The notes beneath the pieces are model-generated. The model saw only the letters and a program-made list of their open reading frames with translations. It was not told where the DNA came from and ran no database searches. This document shows, piece by piece, positions 34,835-43,270 of a stretch of 64,000 nucleotides of DNA. This DNA comes from an uncultured Phycisphaerales bacterium (GTDB lineage: Bacteria; Planctomycetota; Phycisphaerae; Tepidisphaerales; Tepidisphaeraceae). How positions within the stretch are numbered: position 1 is the first letter of the stretch; each line of letters opens with the position of its first letter. A program made the translations under genes and the position numbers. The DNA lies in NCBI GenBank assembly GCA_963844715.1, contig CAWJPJ010000006.1, positions 128,001 to 192,000 on the forward strand. The letters are read 5' to 3'.

Positions 34835-34893
34835 CAGACAAGCGTGGATGGCTGCAAAGAGTGTTCTTTGTACCATTGCGCGAGAGAATCATA

Positions 34894-34900
34894 GTTATAC
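34894..34900 (+). other. attI crossover core (GTTATAC)
   Basis: GTTATACGGCAG is the exact reverse complement of CTGCCGTATAAC at the end of cassette 1. Confidence 0.8.
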
Positions 34901-34910
34901 GGCAGAAAAC

Positions 34911-35162
34911 ATGACGCCCGCCGACGAAGGAGAAATGCACCGTCTCTGCAAGTTGCTCGGCACCGTCGACAAGACGCTGCCGACCTCTTCACCGCTCCGA
35001 GAGGCGCTCGAGAAGGCTGCCTTCGCCATCCAGGCCTCATTCATTCATGGCCATAGGAATTGGGTGGAAAGCATGTACACTGCGCTGCACGACCCGAATA
35101 CGGAACTGTCAGCTGAGCATCGGGCACATCTCGTTAGCCTCGGTATCGACCCCGACGCGTGA
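34911..35162 (+). CDS. Integron cassette 1, hypothetical protein
   Basis: ORF MTPADEGEMHRLCKLL... fills the space between attI and attC1. Confidence 0.8.
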   Translation: MTPADEGEMHRLCKLLGTVDKTLPTSSPLREALEKAAFAIQASFIHGHRNWVESMYTALHDPNTELSAEHRAHLVSLGIDPDA

Positions 35163-35172
35163 CGCGGCTGCC

Positions 35173-35282
35173 GTATAACCAGCCGCTGCTGTGGACCGGC
35201 CCGCGTCGCGGCGGTATGCTCTTCTAGTCCTTGTGCCTGCACGCGCGTCGCGTTGCCGGCCACAGAGCGTCGTCCGTTATCC
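35173..35282 (+). repeat. attC site 1
   Basis: GTATAAC...GTTATCC, 110-bp imperfect palindrome. Confidence 0.9.
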
Positions 35283-35294
35283 GCCGCAGCAACC

Positions 35295-35630
35295 GTGGCA
35301 ACAATCGTCATCCAACTCGATCCAGCGCTCCTCGCGAATCCGGATGCCGACATTCGCTACAAGCTTCCCGACCTCCTCGCGCAACGGTCGGCGAACCGGG
35401 TTTCTAGCGACGGATACGATTACGTCGGCGAGCGAAATCTGCTCCATTTGTTTCTCGGAACCGACAACGCTGAACGCGATCTGCCTGGCATTATCGAGGT
35501 GCTCAAGTCTGAACGGCTTCTAGGCAATGATCTTTCGCAGGTTCCGATCGCTTTCGAAGATGGCGATGCCCTTCGTGTAGTCTATCCGCCCGGTTTCACA
35601 GGCGTCTTCGAGCAGTCGGGCGGCGGATAA
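35295..35630 (+). CDS. Integron cassette 2, hypothetical protein
   Basis: GTG start (ATIVIQLDPALLANPDADIRY); its TAA stop lies inside the attC2 TAAC. Confidence 0.8.
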   Translation: MATIVIQLDPALLANPDADIRYKLPDLLAQRSANRVSSDGYDYVGERNLLHLFLGTDNAERDLPGIIEVLKSERLLGNDLSQVPIAFEDGDALRVVYPPGFTGVFEQSGGG

Positions 35631-35733
35631 CCAGCCGTTGCTGTGGACGGGCCCGCGTCGCGAATATATTCTCTTTTAATCTGGCGGTTGTCAGCGCGTC
35701 GCGTTGCCCGCCACAGAACGTCATCCGTTATCC
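35625..35733 (+). repeat. attC site 2
   Basis: GGATAAC...GTTATCC, 109 bp. Confidence 0.9.
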
Positions 35734-35737
35734 GCCC

Positions 35738-36034
35738 ATGACGCAGTCTGACTACTTAAGCATGCCGCAGAACCAGCCCCACCTACGGGTAATGGCCGTT
35801 CTCCGTCGCTGGGATCCGATCGGTGTTATCTCCGACGCGAACCAGGACGAATACGACAGCTATTCAGTAGAAATAGTTCACATGCTTGATCGCGGTGCGT
35901 CGGTGGATGACATTGTTGCATACATGAAGCGGGCGGTAACCGATCACATGGGCATGAGTTTTTTCGACGAGCCGCACAGCCGCGATTGCGCGGAAGAGTT
36001 GGTCAACTACTGGCGGTCCCTAAAGGGCGGATAA
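35738..36034 (+). CDS. Integron cassette 3, DUF1871-like protein
   Basis: WDPIGV...DEYDSY motif. Confidence 0.75.
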   Translation: MTQSDYLSMPQNQPHLRVMAVLRRWDPIGVISDANQDEYDSYSVEIVHMLDRGASVDDIVAYMKRAVTDHMGMSFFDEPHSRDCAEELVNYWRSLKGG

Positions 36035-36138
36035 CCAGCCGTTGCTGTGGACGGGCCCGCGTCGCGTCGATAGTCTTTCTTTCATCTGGCGGTTGTCAGC
36101 GCGTCGCGTTGCCCGCCACAGAACGTCATCCGTTATGC
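36029..36138 (+). repeat. attC site 3
   Basis: GGATAAC...GTTATGC, 110 bp, close to attC2 in sequence. Confidence 0.9.
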
Positions 36139-36141
36139 AAC

Positions 36142-36405
36142 ATGACACGCACCTCGGACGAACTTGAGTTCTACTACAACGGAGAGCCGGTGGGCTACTT
36201 CCAGGAAAACGCTTTTCCGTCGGGTCCATGCCGAGCGAGGTATATGCCCTATCGCGGTTCGGGCCATTATCACATGTCCACAGATCTGCGGTCCGGGATC
36301 AAACCACGGTGTACCAGCCCCACGTTCTCATTTTCCGTGTTGGCTTGTCCAGAGTATGGCGTGTTAGAACTCGCTGACTTCACAGCGGTCGGGAATGTTG
36401 CATAA
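36142..36405 (+). CDS. Integron cassette 4, hypothetical protein
   Basis: MTRTSDELEFYYNGEPVGYF...RYMPYRGSGHY; stop in attC4. Confidence 0.8.
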   Translation: MTRTSDELEFYYNGEPVGYFQENAFPSGPCRARYMPYRGSGHYHMSTDLRSGIKPRCTSPTFSFSVLACPEYGVLELADFTAVGNVA

Positions 36406-36509
36406 CCAGCCAATGCTGTGGACGGCCCCGCGTCGCGTCGAAAGTTTGTCTTTGGTATAGTGTTCCTCGGCGCGTCGCGTTGGCCGCCACAGATTGTCAT
36501 CCGTTATTC
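36400..36509 (+). repeat. attC site 4
   Basis: GCATAAC...GTTATTC, 110 bp. Confidence 0.9.
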
Positions 36510-36531
36510 GGCCTTAAGAATCGGAGCACCG

Positions 36532-36702
36532 GTGAGCGCTTCTCGAAAAAAACTTTGCGTTCTGGCGGCATGTTCATTCGCTGTCGTCGGCGCCATCGAG
36601 TTAGTTCGAAGCCAGTTGGTTGGCGGCTTGTGTACCCTCTTGCTTGCGTTAGTTTTTCTTTTGCTCGTATATACGCCGGGGCAACACGATCAGGCCGAAT
36701 AA
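36532..36702 (+). CDS. Integron cassette 5, small two-helix membrane protein
   Basis: GTG start after GGAG; two hydrophobic segments; stop in attC5. Confidence 0.65.
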   Translation: MSASRKKLCVLAACSFAVVGAIELVRSQLVGGLCTLLLALVFLLLVYTPGQHDQAE

Positions 36703-36806
36703 CCAGCCGCTGCTGTGGACCGGCCCGCGTCGCGTCTGTATGCTGTTCTACTCCTGGGCCCGCCGCGCGCGTCGCGTTGCCGGCCACAGAGCGTCGTCCG
36801 TTATGC
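36697..36806 (+). repeat. attC site 5
   Basis: GAATAAC...GTTATGC, 110 bp, close to attC1 in sequence. Confidence 0.9.
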
Positions 36807-37246
36807 CTCGCATCACCGACACCCTCGCACGGGCGGGCAGCGATTGGAAGGCGTTCGAGGCCCCGCTTGACGCCGACGTGATCGCGGAGGCGCTCGTCCT
36901 TATCGCCCGACCGCTCCCCACCGGCCTGATCGAGCTCTATCACAGCTGCAACGGAGGCGAGGGATCGCTGCCGGTTCAGCCGCTGAACTTCGTCCTCTGG
37001 AACCTCGAATTGGTCGTCCAGACCCGCGAGGATCAGCACTACCGCAAGTATTACGACCAATTTGTCTTCTTCGGCACCAACGGTGGCGGCGAGTATTTTG
37101 GAGTTGACCCGCCAGGGCGCGTCTTCTTCATGGATCCGGTAGCGGGCGAGGAAAGTATTGCCATTGTGGCGGCGACGTTCGATGAGTTCGCGGCGCTCGT
37201 CGGCACTCCCCCGCCGGAAGAGTTTCCGCCGCCCGGCGAGGCATAA
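36803..37246 (+). CDS. Integron cassette 6, SMI1/KNR4 (SUKH) family protein
   Basis: LPTGLIELYHSCNGGEG, FGTNGGGEYFGVD and VAATFDEF. Confidence 0.85.
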   Translation: MPRITDTLARAGSDWKAFEAPLDADVIAEALVLIARPLPTGLIELYHSCNGGEGSLPVQPLNFVLWNLELVVQTREDQHYRKYYDQFVFFGTNGGGEYFGVDPPGRVFFMDPVAGEESIAIVAATFDEFAALVGTPPPEEFPPPGEA

Positions 37247-37350
37247 CCAGCCAATGCTGTGGACGGCCCCGCGTCGCGTTGAAAACTTGTCTTTGGTATA
37301 GTGTTCCTCGGCGCGTCGCGTTGGCCGCCACAGATTGTCATCCGTTATGC
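37241..37350 (+). repeat. attC site 6
   Basis: GCATAAC...GTTATGC, 110 bp, nearly identical to attC4. Confidence 0.9.
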
Positions 37351-37427
37351 GGCGCGAGGCCACCAACATGCGAATCGTTCAGAAAGCGGCGTTTCTCGCG
37401 GCGATCTGCTGGATGACGGCCACCTTT

Positions 37428-38240
37428 TCAAACCACAACGGTCACACGTAAGAAAGTGGCGGGAATGATCGTGGCGTTCTTATTCGGGCTCTTGTTGTGC
37501 TGCTCGAACAGAGTCTCCAATTCCTTTTGGAGATCGGCCGCTCGACCTTTCTGGCCGGCCGCATCGAATGCATTCATGGTCGGTCCGTAGTATTTTCGGA
37601 AATCATCAACATACGCGGCCGGACTGCTGGCAGAATTGAATGTAAAGGTGTCCCGGACGCACGAAACCTTTTCTTTGGGAACTCCCGCAGCTGCGAATCG
37701 CTCCACGACATGGCTCTCAACGCCCCAGGTCATGGGGCTGACGAAGCCTTCCGGCGGCGGCGGGATGTAGGCGGAACTGATCCTCAAAATCTGCGACACC
37801 AGCGTTGGATCGTTCGGAATCCAATTTCCCATGACAATTCGCCCCCCGGGACGCGTCACTCGCACCATTTCCCTTGTCACATCAAACGGTTTGGGCGCAA
37901 ACATCGCTCCAAAAATGCTGACGACGAGGTCAAAGGAATGATCCTTCAACTCGTGTAAATGGGTTGCATCCCCTTCTTGAAACCGGCAGTTGGCCAGACC
38001 GTGCTTCTTGGCGCGCTGGTTTCCAGCCGCGACGAGATTGCTGGCAATGTCAACGCCCAACACGTCTGCACCGAGCTTTGCCTCCGGCAAAGCGGTCGTT
38101 CCGTCGCCGCATCCGAGATCCAGAACCTTGAGCCCTTTTACGATTCCCAGCTGCTGGACAAAGGCTTCGCCGCTTTCCCTCATGCTCTGGGCAATGCGCG
38201 TAAAGTCGCCTTTTTCCCAAAGTGCTTTATTTGGATTCAT
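37428..38240 (-). CDS. Class I SAM-dependent methyltransferase
   Basis: VLDLGCGDG, FDLVVSIFGAMFAP and RVTRPGGRI. Confidence 0.9.
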   Translation of the reverse strand: MNPNKALWEKGDFTRIAQSMRESGEAFVQQLGIVKGLKVLDLGCGDGTTALPEAKLGADVLGVDIASNLVAAGNQRAKKHGLANCRFQEGDATHLHELKDHSFDLVVSIFGAMFAPKPFDVTREMVRVTRPGGRIVMGNWIPNDPTLVSQILRISSAYIPPPPEGFVSPMTWGVESHVVERFAAAGVPKEKVSCVRDTFTFNSASSPAAYVDDFRKYYGPTMNAFDAAGQKGRAADLQKELETLFEQHNKSPNKNATIIPATFLRVTVVV

Positions 38241-38312
38241 AGAAGCCGTTACCTTTGCTTTTGGCTCGGAACGAATGGAACGTTATTGAAGATCATAATC
38301 ATTGCCTTGCAA

Positions 38313-38828
38313 TTATCTATCAGACAGGCTGGTAGGATCAATTGCCGGGGCCTCTACCGTCGAATGCCTTCGCACTGAAGCACCATCGTACTGCGATTTT
38401 CCGGGTGGTTTAGGCGATTCCTGCGTCGGCGCCGGGTCCATTACGGATCGCCGGTTACGGCGATTGGTCGCCAGCGCATCCAGGAAAATTTCAAATCGGT
38501 TGGCGGCGCTGGCCCACGCTGCATCCTTGTGTTCCGGCCTGACCGCCGGCGTGTGGCGAAGGAACGTGCGCACAAACATCGCCAACATCTCCCGGACCAG
38601 CTCATGCTGTGTCTGTTGATCCTCGTGCATCTTCACCAGCCGATTGAAGCAGCGATCCATGGCTTTGAGCAATGTTTGCTCCTGCTTCTCCCGGTATTCA
38701 GACATCAGCGCTTGGCGGGCCGCATCCACAACGACTGAGCCAAGGGACGATCTGGTTAGCGAAGCCTGCACCTTGATGACCTTGAGCAACTCGTCGTCTA
38801 GCCGGATTGTGAGGGGATACTTGTCCAT
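38313..38828 (-). CDS. CopG/RHH-family protein of conjugative elements
   Basis: LTIRLDDELL...SLGSVVVDAARQAL and EMLAMFVRTFLRHTP; translationally coupled to the relaxase. Confidence 0.7.
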   Translation of the reverse strand: MDKYPLTIRLDDELLKVIKVQASLTRSSLGSVVVDAARQALMSEYREKQEQTLLKAMDRCFNRLVKMHEDQQTQHELVREMLAMFVRTFLRHTPAVRPEHKDAAWASAANRFEIFLDALATNRRNRRSVMDPAPTQESPKPPGKSQYDGASVRRHSTVEAPAIDPTSLSDR

Positions 38829-40369
38829 CAAAGTTCCTGGCCCATGTCCAAATCGCGACCCTGTTCCAACGTGACATTGTTCACGTCCGTCATTCCGGCT
38901 AGCCGCCTCCCGGTCTGCTTGCTTGCCCATGAACTTCTCGAAGTCGGCAACATCAACTTCATAGTCGCCGCCCTCGGCATGGGTGATTCCGGTGCCGGGC
39001 TTGCTGGGCCCATGACTCAACCAAACGCTCGGCCTTGTCCGCCATGTCGCGCGCCCGATCCGATGTCACGTCATCGCCGGCGCGGTCGAGCAGGTTGTCG
39101 AGATGCCTGGTCGGGGAGTAAATCCCGTCGTTGGCTTTGGCCTGCTCGACGATCTCCTGCGCAATCTCCCGGCGCTCCTGCGCCGCTCGGCCAAGCTCCG
39201 CCACGTTCCCGATGCTCAAGGATTGATACGCCTCGCCGTCCTGGACGCGCGCATAGCGCATCGCTCCGGCCTCCTCCCGGATGACAACAAAGCGCCGGTC
39301 GGTGATCTCATCGATCCGCCCCAAGGCGACCACTTCACCAGATACGGCCTGGGTAATCGGCTCCCTCGACACATACATGGACTGGTTCCCCAGGTGTCCG
39401 TATAGCTGCTTAATGATGTCATGGTGCGCGCCAAGGTCCATCAACTGCTGCTTGAAGTCGGGTTCAAGCTGCCACTTGGTTCCCTGAATCTTCTCGGCCA
39501 GTTCCATGCTTTCCAGCCATTGCAGGCGCGCAATCACCAGCGGCCTGTCGGACCTTCTCCAGCCGATCTGGACATCAGGCGACACGTCGATGACGTGCTT
39601 CTCGTCCATGTTGCGCTCGATGGTCCGGTCCAATGATGTGAACCGCTCCGCCTGCACTTCCTTCTCTCGGGCCTGCTCCATCTCCCTTTCTGTGCGCTCC
39701 CCAAGCAGGTCGGTTGCCGCCTCGGACGCCCTTTGCCGGATGCCGTAACCGATGTATTCCCGGCGCAGGATCAGGTCTTGACCCTGTTCGTCCTTGCCCC
39801 GGAACAGGATGTGCGCGTGCGGATTGTCGGTGTTGTGGTGCTCAATCGCGATCCAGTCTAGCTTAGTGCCGACATCGCGCTCGATGCGCTGCATCACGTC
39901 ACGCACATAGGCGCGCATGTCGGCGATCTCATACCCCTTCTCCGGCGACAGGATGAGTCGGAAGTGGTGCCGATCCTCCTCCCATTCCCGTGTCACGGAT
40001 CGACCATCCAACTTGTCTTGCTGTGCATCGAAGAACGTGCCGCGCTCCCCATCCTTGCTGGCGCTGTCGCGGGCAAGGTAGCCCGTATGGCGCGCAAGCC
40101 CGCTGCCAGACCTGCGCGAATGGAAGCGGGATAGCATCTTGACCGTCGCCCGTTGTGCGCGGATTGCTGCCGAAAGGCATGGTCCCGCGCCCCTGAACCC
40201 GCCTCGGCGCGCGCCATCTGCGCATCTTGGTGCGCCAGAACCCTCGCCCGAGCCGCATAGCGATCTCCCCGTTGACGCTCCGCTCGCGCCCTCTGCGCCC
40301 GCCTGTGCGCCCGATACGATCCGAATCAACGCCGTCTCTTGAATTCGACCGACTTACACGTTTTGCCAT
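38828..40369 (-). CDS. VirD2-like (MOBP) relaxase, DUF3363-type (frameshifted)
   Basis: HTGYLARD, DRHHFRLILSPE, LDWIAIEHHNTDNPHAHIL and AERFTSLDR. Confidence 0.88.
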
Positions 40370-40442
40370 GACACCGCTCCCGAAGTTGAAAGCCAGCAAT
40401 CACTTACGCCTCCAACGCTGACAAACCCACTTGCCAAAATGC

Positions 40443-40511
40443 GGGTGATTCGCCAGAAGTGGTTGTAATTGCTACAGATACGAAACACCTGAATCACCCC
40501 TTTATCTTGCA
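40443..40511 (+). promoter_or_regulatory. Candidate oriT
   Basis: Inverted repeat GGGTGATTC/GAATCACCC next to TTTATCTTGC (resembles the MOBP nic motif YATCCTG), upstream of the relaxase. Confidence 0.5.
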
Positions 40512-40724
40512 TTCCACTTTCAATATATAAATCTTACCGTTCAAACCCATTGCTATGCTCAAAGGCGATTATACCTAACGGGAGCCTAACGTCAAGTGGG
40601 GGGGAATTCATGGTGACATTGACGTCACAAATCGGCATGAACAGACAAGTTTTGGTCGTTGATGAAGAGCTAAGCGTTGGCTGAACTGCTTTGACGATAT
40701 GCCTGCATTGAGGTCGTGGCGGAC

Positions 40725-41686
40725 TTAAAGAAGCTCTTGAAGTTCCACCAAACGGGCCAGCACTTCCGCCCATGACGGGTATGGTCCATAGCACAACATC
40801 CGGCATTGTGCCTCATACTCGGCACCGATGATCGCGGCCAATTCGACGGGCGGGAACAGGGCATCACTGCGCGAGAAACGCATGTCGTTGGGGTAAAAAT
40901 AGCTCTTGGGGAAGTGCGTGCGGCTGATTTTGTCGTAGTCGGTCTTAATGATTTCGTACTCGTCAGACCGCAACATGGCCATCACATCGGGTTGAGCCGA
41001 CAGTTGGAATAGGTCGTAATAATGGCGCGCATAGCTGCCGATTGGTTGCCGGTCGCGCTTGAGCAACTCCACCTTACTGTGAATGGCGAACATTTTCTCA
41101 ACAAACGTCCGCCGGAAGTGGAGCAATCGGAGCGGAAATTGACCCTCGTCTTCCGCCCCAGCGACAAGCCTTTTTCTTCCAGAAACCGACCGACATAGGA
41201 CTGCAACTCAACAATCGTTGTTGGTTCTCGCCCGCTGGCTGTACCAGACTCGACAAGCACTCGATTGGCAACTTCACCAGGACCGCCAAAGCGTTGTGTG
41301 TAAGAGAACCGGTCGCTGCGCCCGAATCCCCCGATCTTTTTGCTCTCGTTATCGACGAACGTCAGCGCCGGATGCGCGCCGATTGCGTCCCGCAGTTGCT
41401 TTAGTTCCCGGTCAATCCCCCGCTTGCCAAGCGCTGGCTCGAATGCTGTGGGATCTAAGAAGATATCGATGTCCTCGGAAAATCGTTGGATCAGGTTCCA
41501 CCCTTTGGCCAGGCTGGTGCCGCCCTTGAAGGTGACTTTGTCGCCAGCGGTGATGGCAATGATCCGCAGGGCTTCGGTGACGTAGTAATCTTTTTCGACG
41601 ATGGCTGGGCGCAGTCCTCGGTCGCGGAAATACTCCGTCGCTTGGATGATCGCCTGCTCGAAATCGGCATGTTCAAACAGCCTCAT
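40725..41686 (-). CDS. AbiEii/AbiGii nucleotidyltransferase toxin (frameshift ~41150)
   Basis: VEKDYYV, FKGGTSLAKG, IQRFSEDID and ARHYYDL. Confidence 0.88.
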
Positions 41687-41687
41687 G

Positions 41688-42435
41688 TCAACGGCGCTCC
41701 TTGGCCTGCCATTGGCGAGCGTATTTCAATCCAGCCAACATGCCAAAGTCGAACCGGGAAAATGGATTCAGCGATTCCCGCAACCGCAGTAGTGCTGCTG
41801 GGTTCTTTCCAAGCTGCTGTCCGATGGCGCCCAACATCGCGCGAACTCGTGGGGGTTCTGAATCCGCCACGTTCAGTAAGCGCTCGAACCGGACTTGTTC
41901 GGATGCCAGCGTCAAAGTTCGACGGACTGTATCTGCCGGCGATAGCTCGCTTGCCTTTCCGCGTTGGCGCAGGAAATCAAGCAACGCCGCGTCGGTTTTG
42001 GAAAGATTGGCCCAAGCTTCCGGTCGCCGGCTATGGATTACGGTATTGGCGCCAATCAGCTTTCTGGGCAGACTGATGCGCACTGGTGGCAACCTCGCTG
42101 TGTGCCGCAATCTGTGTCGTGAATCCCAGGAGATTGGCGGCGGCAAGCCCTGATGGATAAACCTTTGTGCGCGTCGCTGCGAGGGTTTGCATTGCGGCCG
42201 GATTTGGCCGGCTCTTTCCCAAGGCGGTTTGTCGGTGGCGGTAATAGACACCTTTGCTCAATCGCTCAAGCATTCCCTTACGCGTCAATCGGGACAGGGC
42301 CTGTGCCGCAGCGGCAAACGGAAGATCCCGGAAATCGTCCAATCGCCATACTCGTTCGCCTCCACGCTCAATCCGTTGCCGAATGGCGGTGGCTGCGCCC
42401 TTTGAACCGATTGCGGCGGTGGGGAATGACTCCAT
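41688..42435 (-). CDS. AbiEi-like (DUF6088-type) antitoxin (frameshift ~42075)
   Basis: QALSRLTRKGMLERLSKGVYY and SGLAAANLLGFTTQ; directly upstream of the AbiEii gene. Confidence 0.8.
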
Positions 42436-42526
42436 GCACAAAATATCGGCATTCCGCATCTGAATGTCAAGTTTTATTGCGATAAAACTCGACATATTTG
42501 CATTCACCACCACATTCAATTAGAGC

Positions 42527-42555
42527 TTGACAATGGTTTAGTTTATATGTACAAT
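42527..42555 (+). promoter_or_regulatory. Near-consensus sigma70 promoter
   Basis: TTGACA-17-TACAAT with TG extension. Confidence 0.7.
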
Positions 42556-42561
42556 ATGAAA

Positions 42562-43206
42562 ATGAAATGGAATGAGGCAACACGTTTGTTGGAAGATTGT
42601 GAGCGGAGCCTACGTAAGCTGGTGGCTGAAGCGGCAGGAGAGGGAGACTATCTCGGCGTACAAAAGATCAATGATCTCGCAAAGGCAATTGCCGCCTTAG
42701 CAGCCGAGGGCCGCTCGACGCCTGATCCCACCCTAATGCCATTAATGCCATCCGCGAACATGGATTCCAAGAACGGAACCGTTAACCACTCCGCATCTGT
42801 CGCTGCAACGAAAGTTGGTATGCGCAAGGCGCGGCCATCGGTTGATGTGTATCCGAAATTCTTCCGACGAGGCGATGAATTGGTGAAGGTCGGCTGGTCC
42901 AAGAAGGACCGCAAAGAATACAACCATCGCGCCCCTCGTGGGGCCGTCGATGCGGCGGCTGCTGCCGTCAGACTAATTGGCGCGAAGGGGAAAATGTTTA
43001 ATGGCGATGCGCTGCTACCGCTCAAAGATCCGACCGCCAGCTCCGCCATCCCTGATTACCAGGCATATGTGGCCTTAGCATGGTTGAAGCATCTGGGCGT
43101 GGTCGAGCAGCATGGACGCCGCTCCGGATACACCTTGGTCCCTGAGAAACAGATCGACAGCACAATCACTGCGGCTTGGCCAGAACTGGCAGAATGGCGC
43201 GGGTAA
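42562..43206 (+). CDS. Hypothetical protein, first gene of four-gene module
   Basis: Intact ORF (YPKFFRRGDELVKVGWSKK; YQAYVALAWL). Start chosen from the promoter position. Confidence 0.8.
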   Translation: MKWNEATRLLEDCERSLRKLVAEAAGEGDYLGVQKINDLAKAIAALAAEGRSTPDPTLMPLMPSANMDSKNGTVNHSASVAATKVGMRKARPSVDVYPKFFRRGDELVKVGWSKKDRKEYNHRAPRGAVDAAAAAVRLIGAKGKMFNGDALLPLKDPTASSAIPDYQAYVALAWLKHLGVVEQHGRRSGYTLVPEKQIDSTITAAWPELAEWRG

Positions 43207-43270
43207 TAGCTAATACGCAACGAGAGAGAACCCGGCTTATATTTCTCCCGGGGGAAAGCGAAAGTGGGCA

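Noticed and set aside
35173..37350. Regularly spaced repeats as a CRISPR array
   Set aside because: Repeats are ~110 bp with TAAC/GTTA ends, the intervening sequences are whole ORFs, intI is adjacent and there are no cas genes. These are attC sites.
36497..37369. 290-aa antisense ORF across cassettes 5-6, and other attC-spanning ORFs
   Set aside because: They translate attC repeats and the antisense of real genes, as expected in GC-rich DNA.
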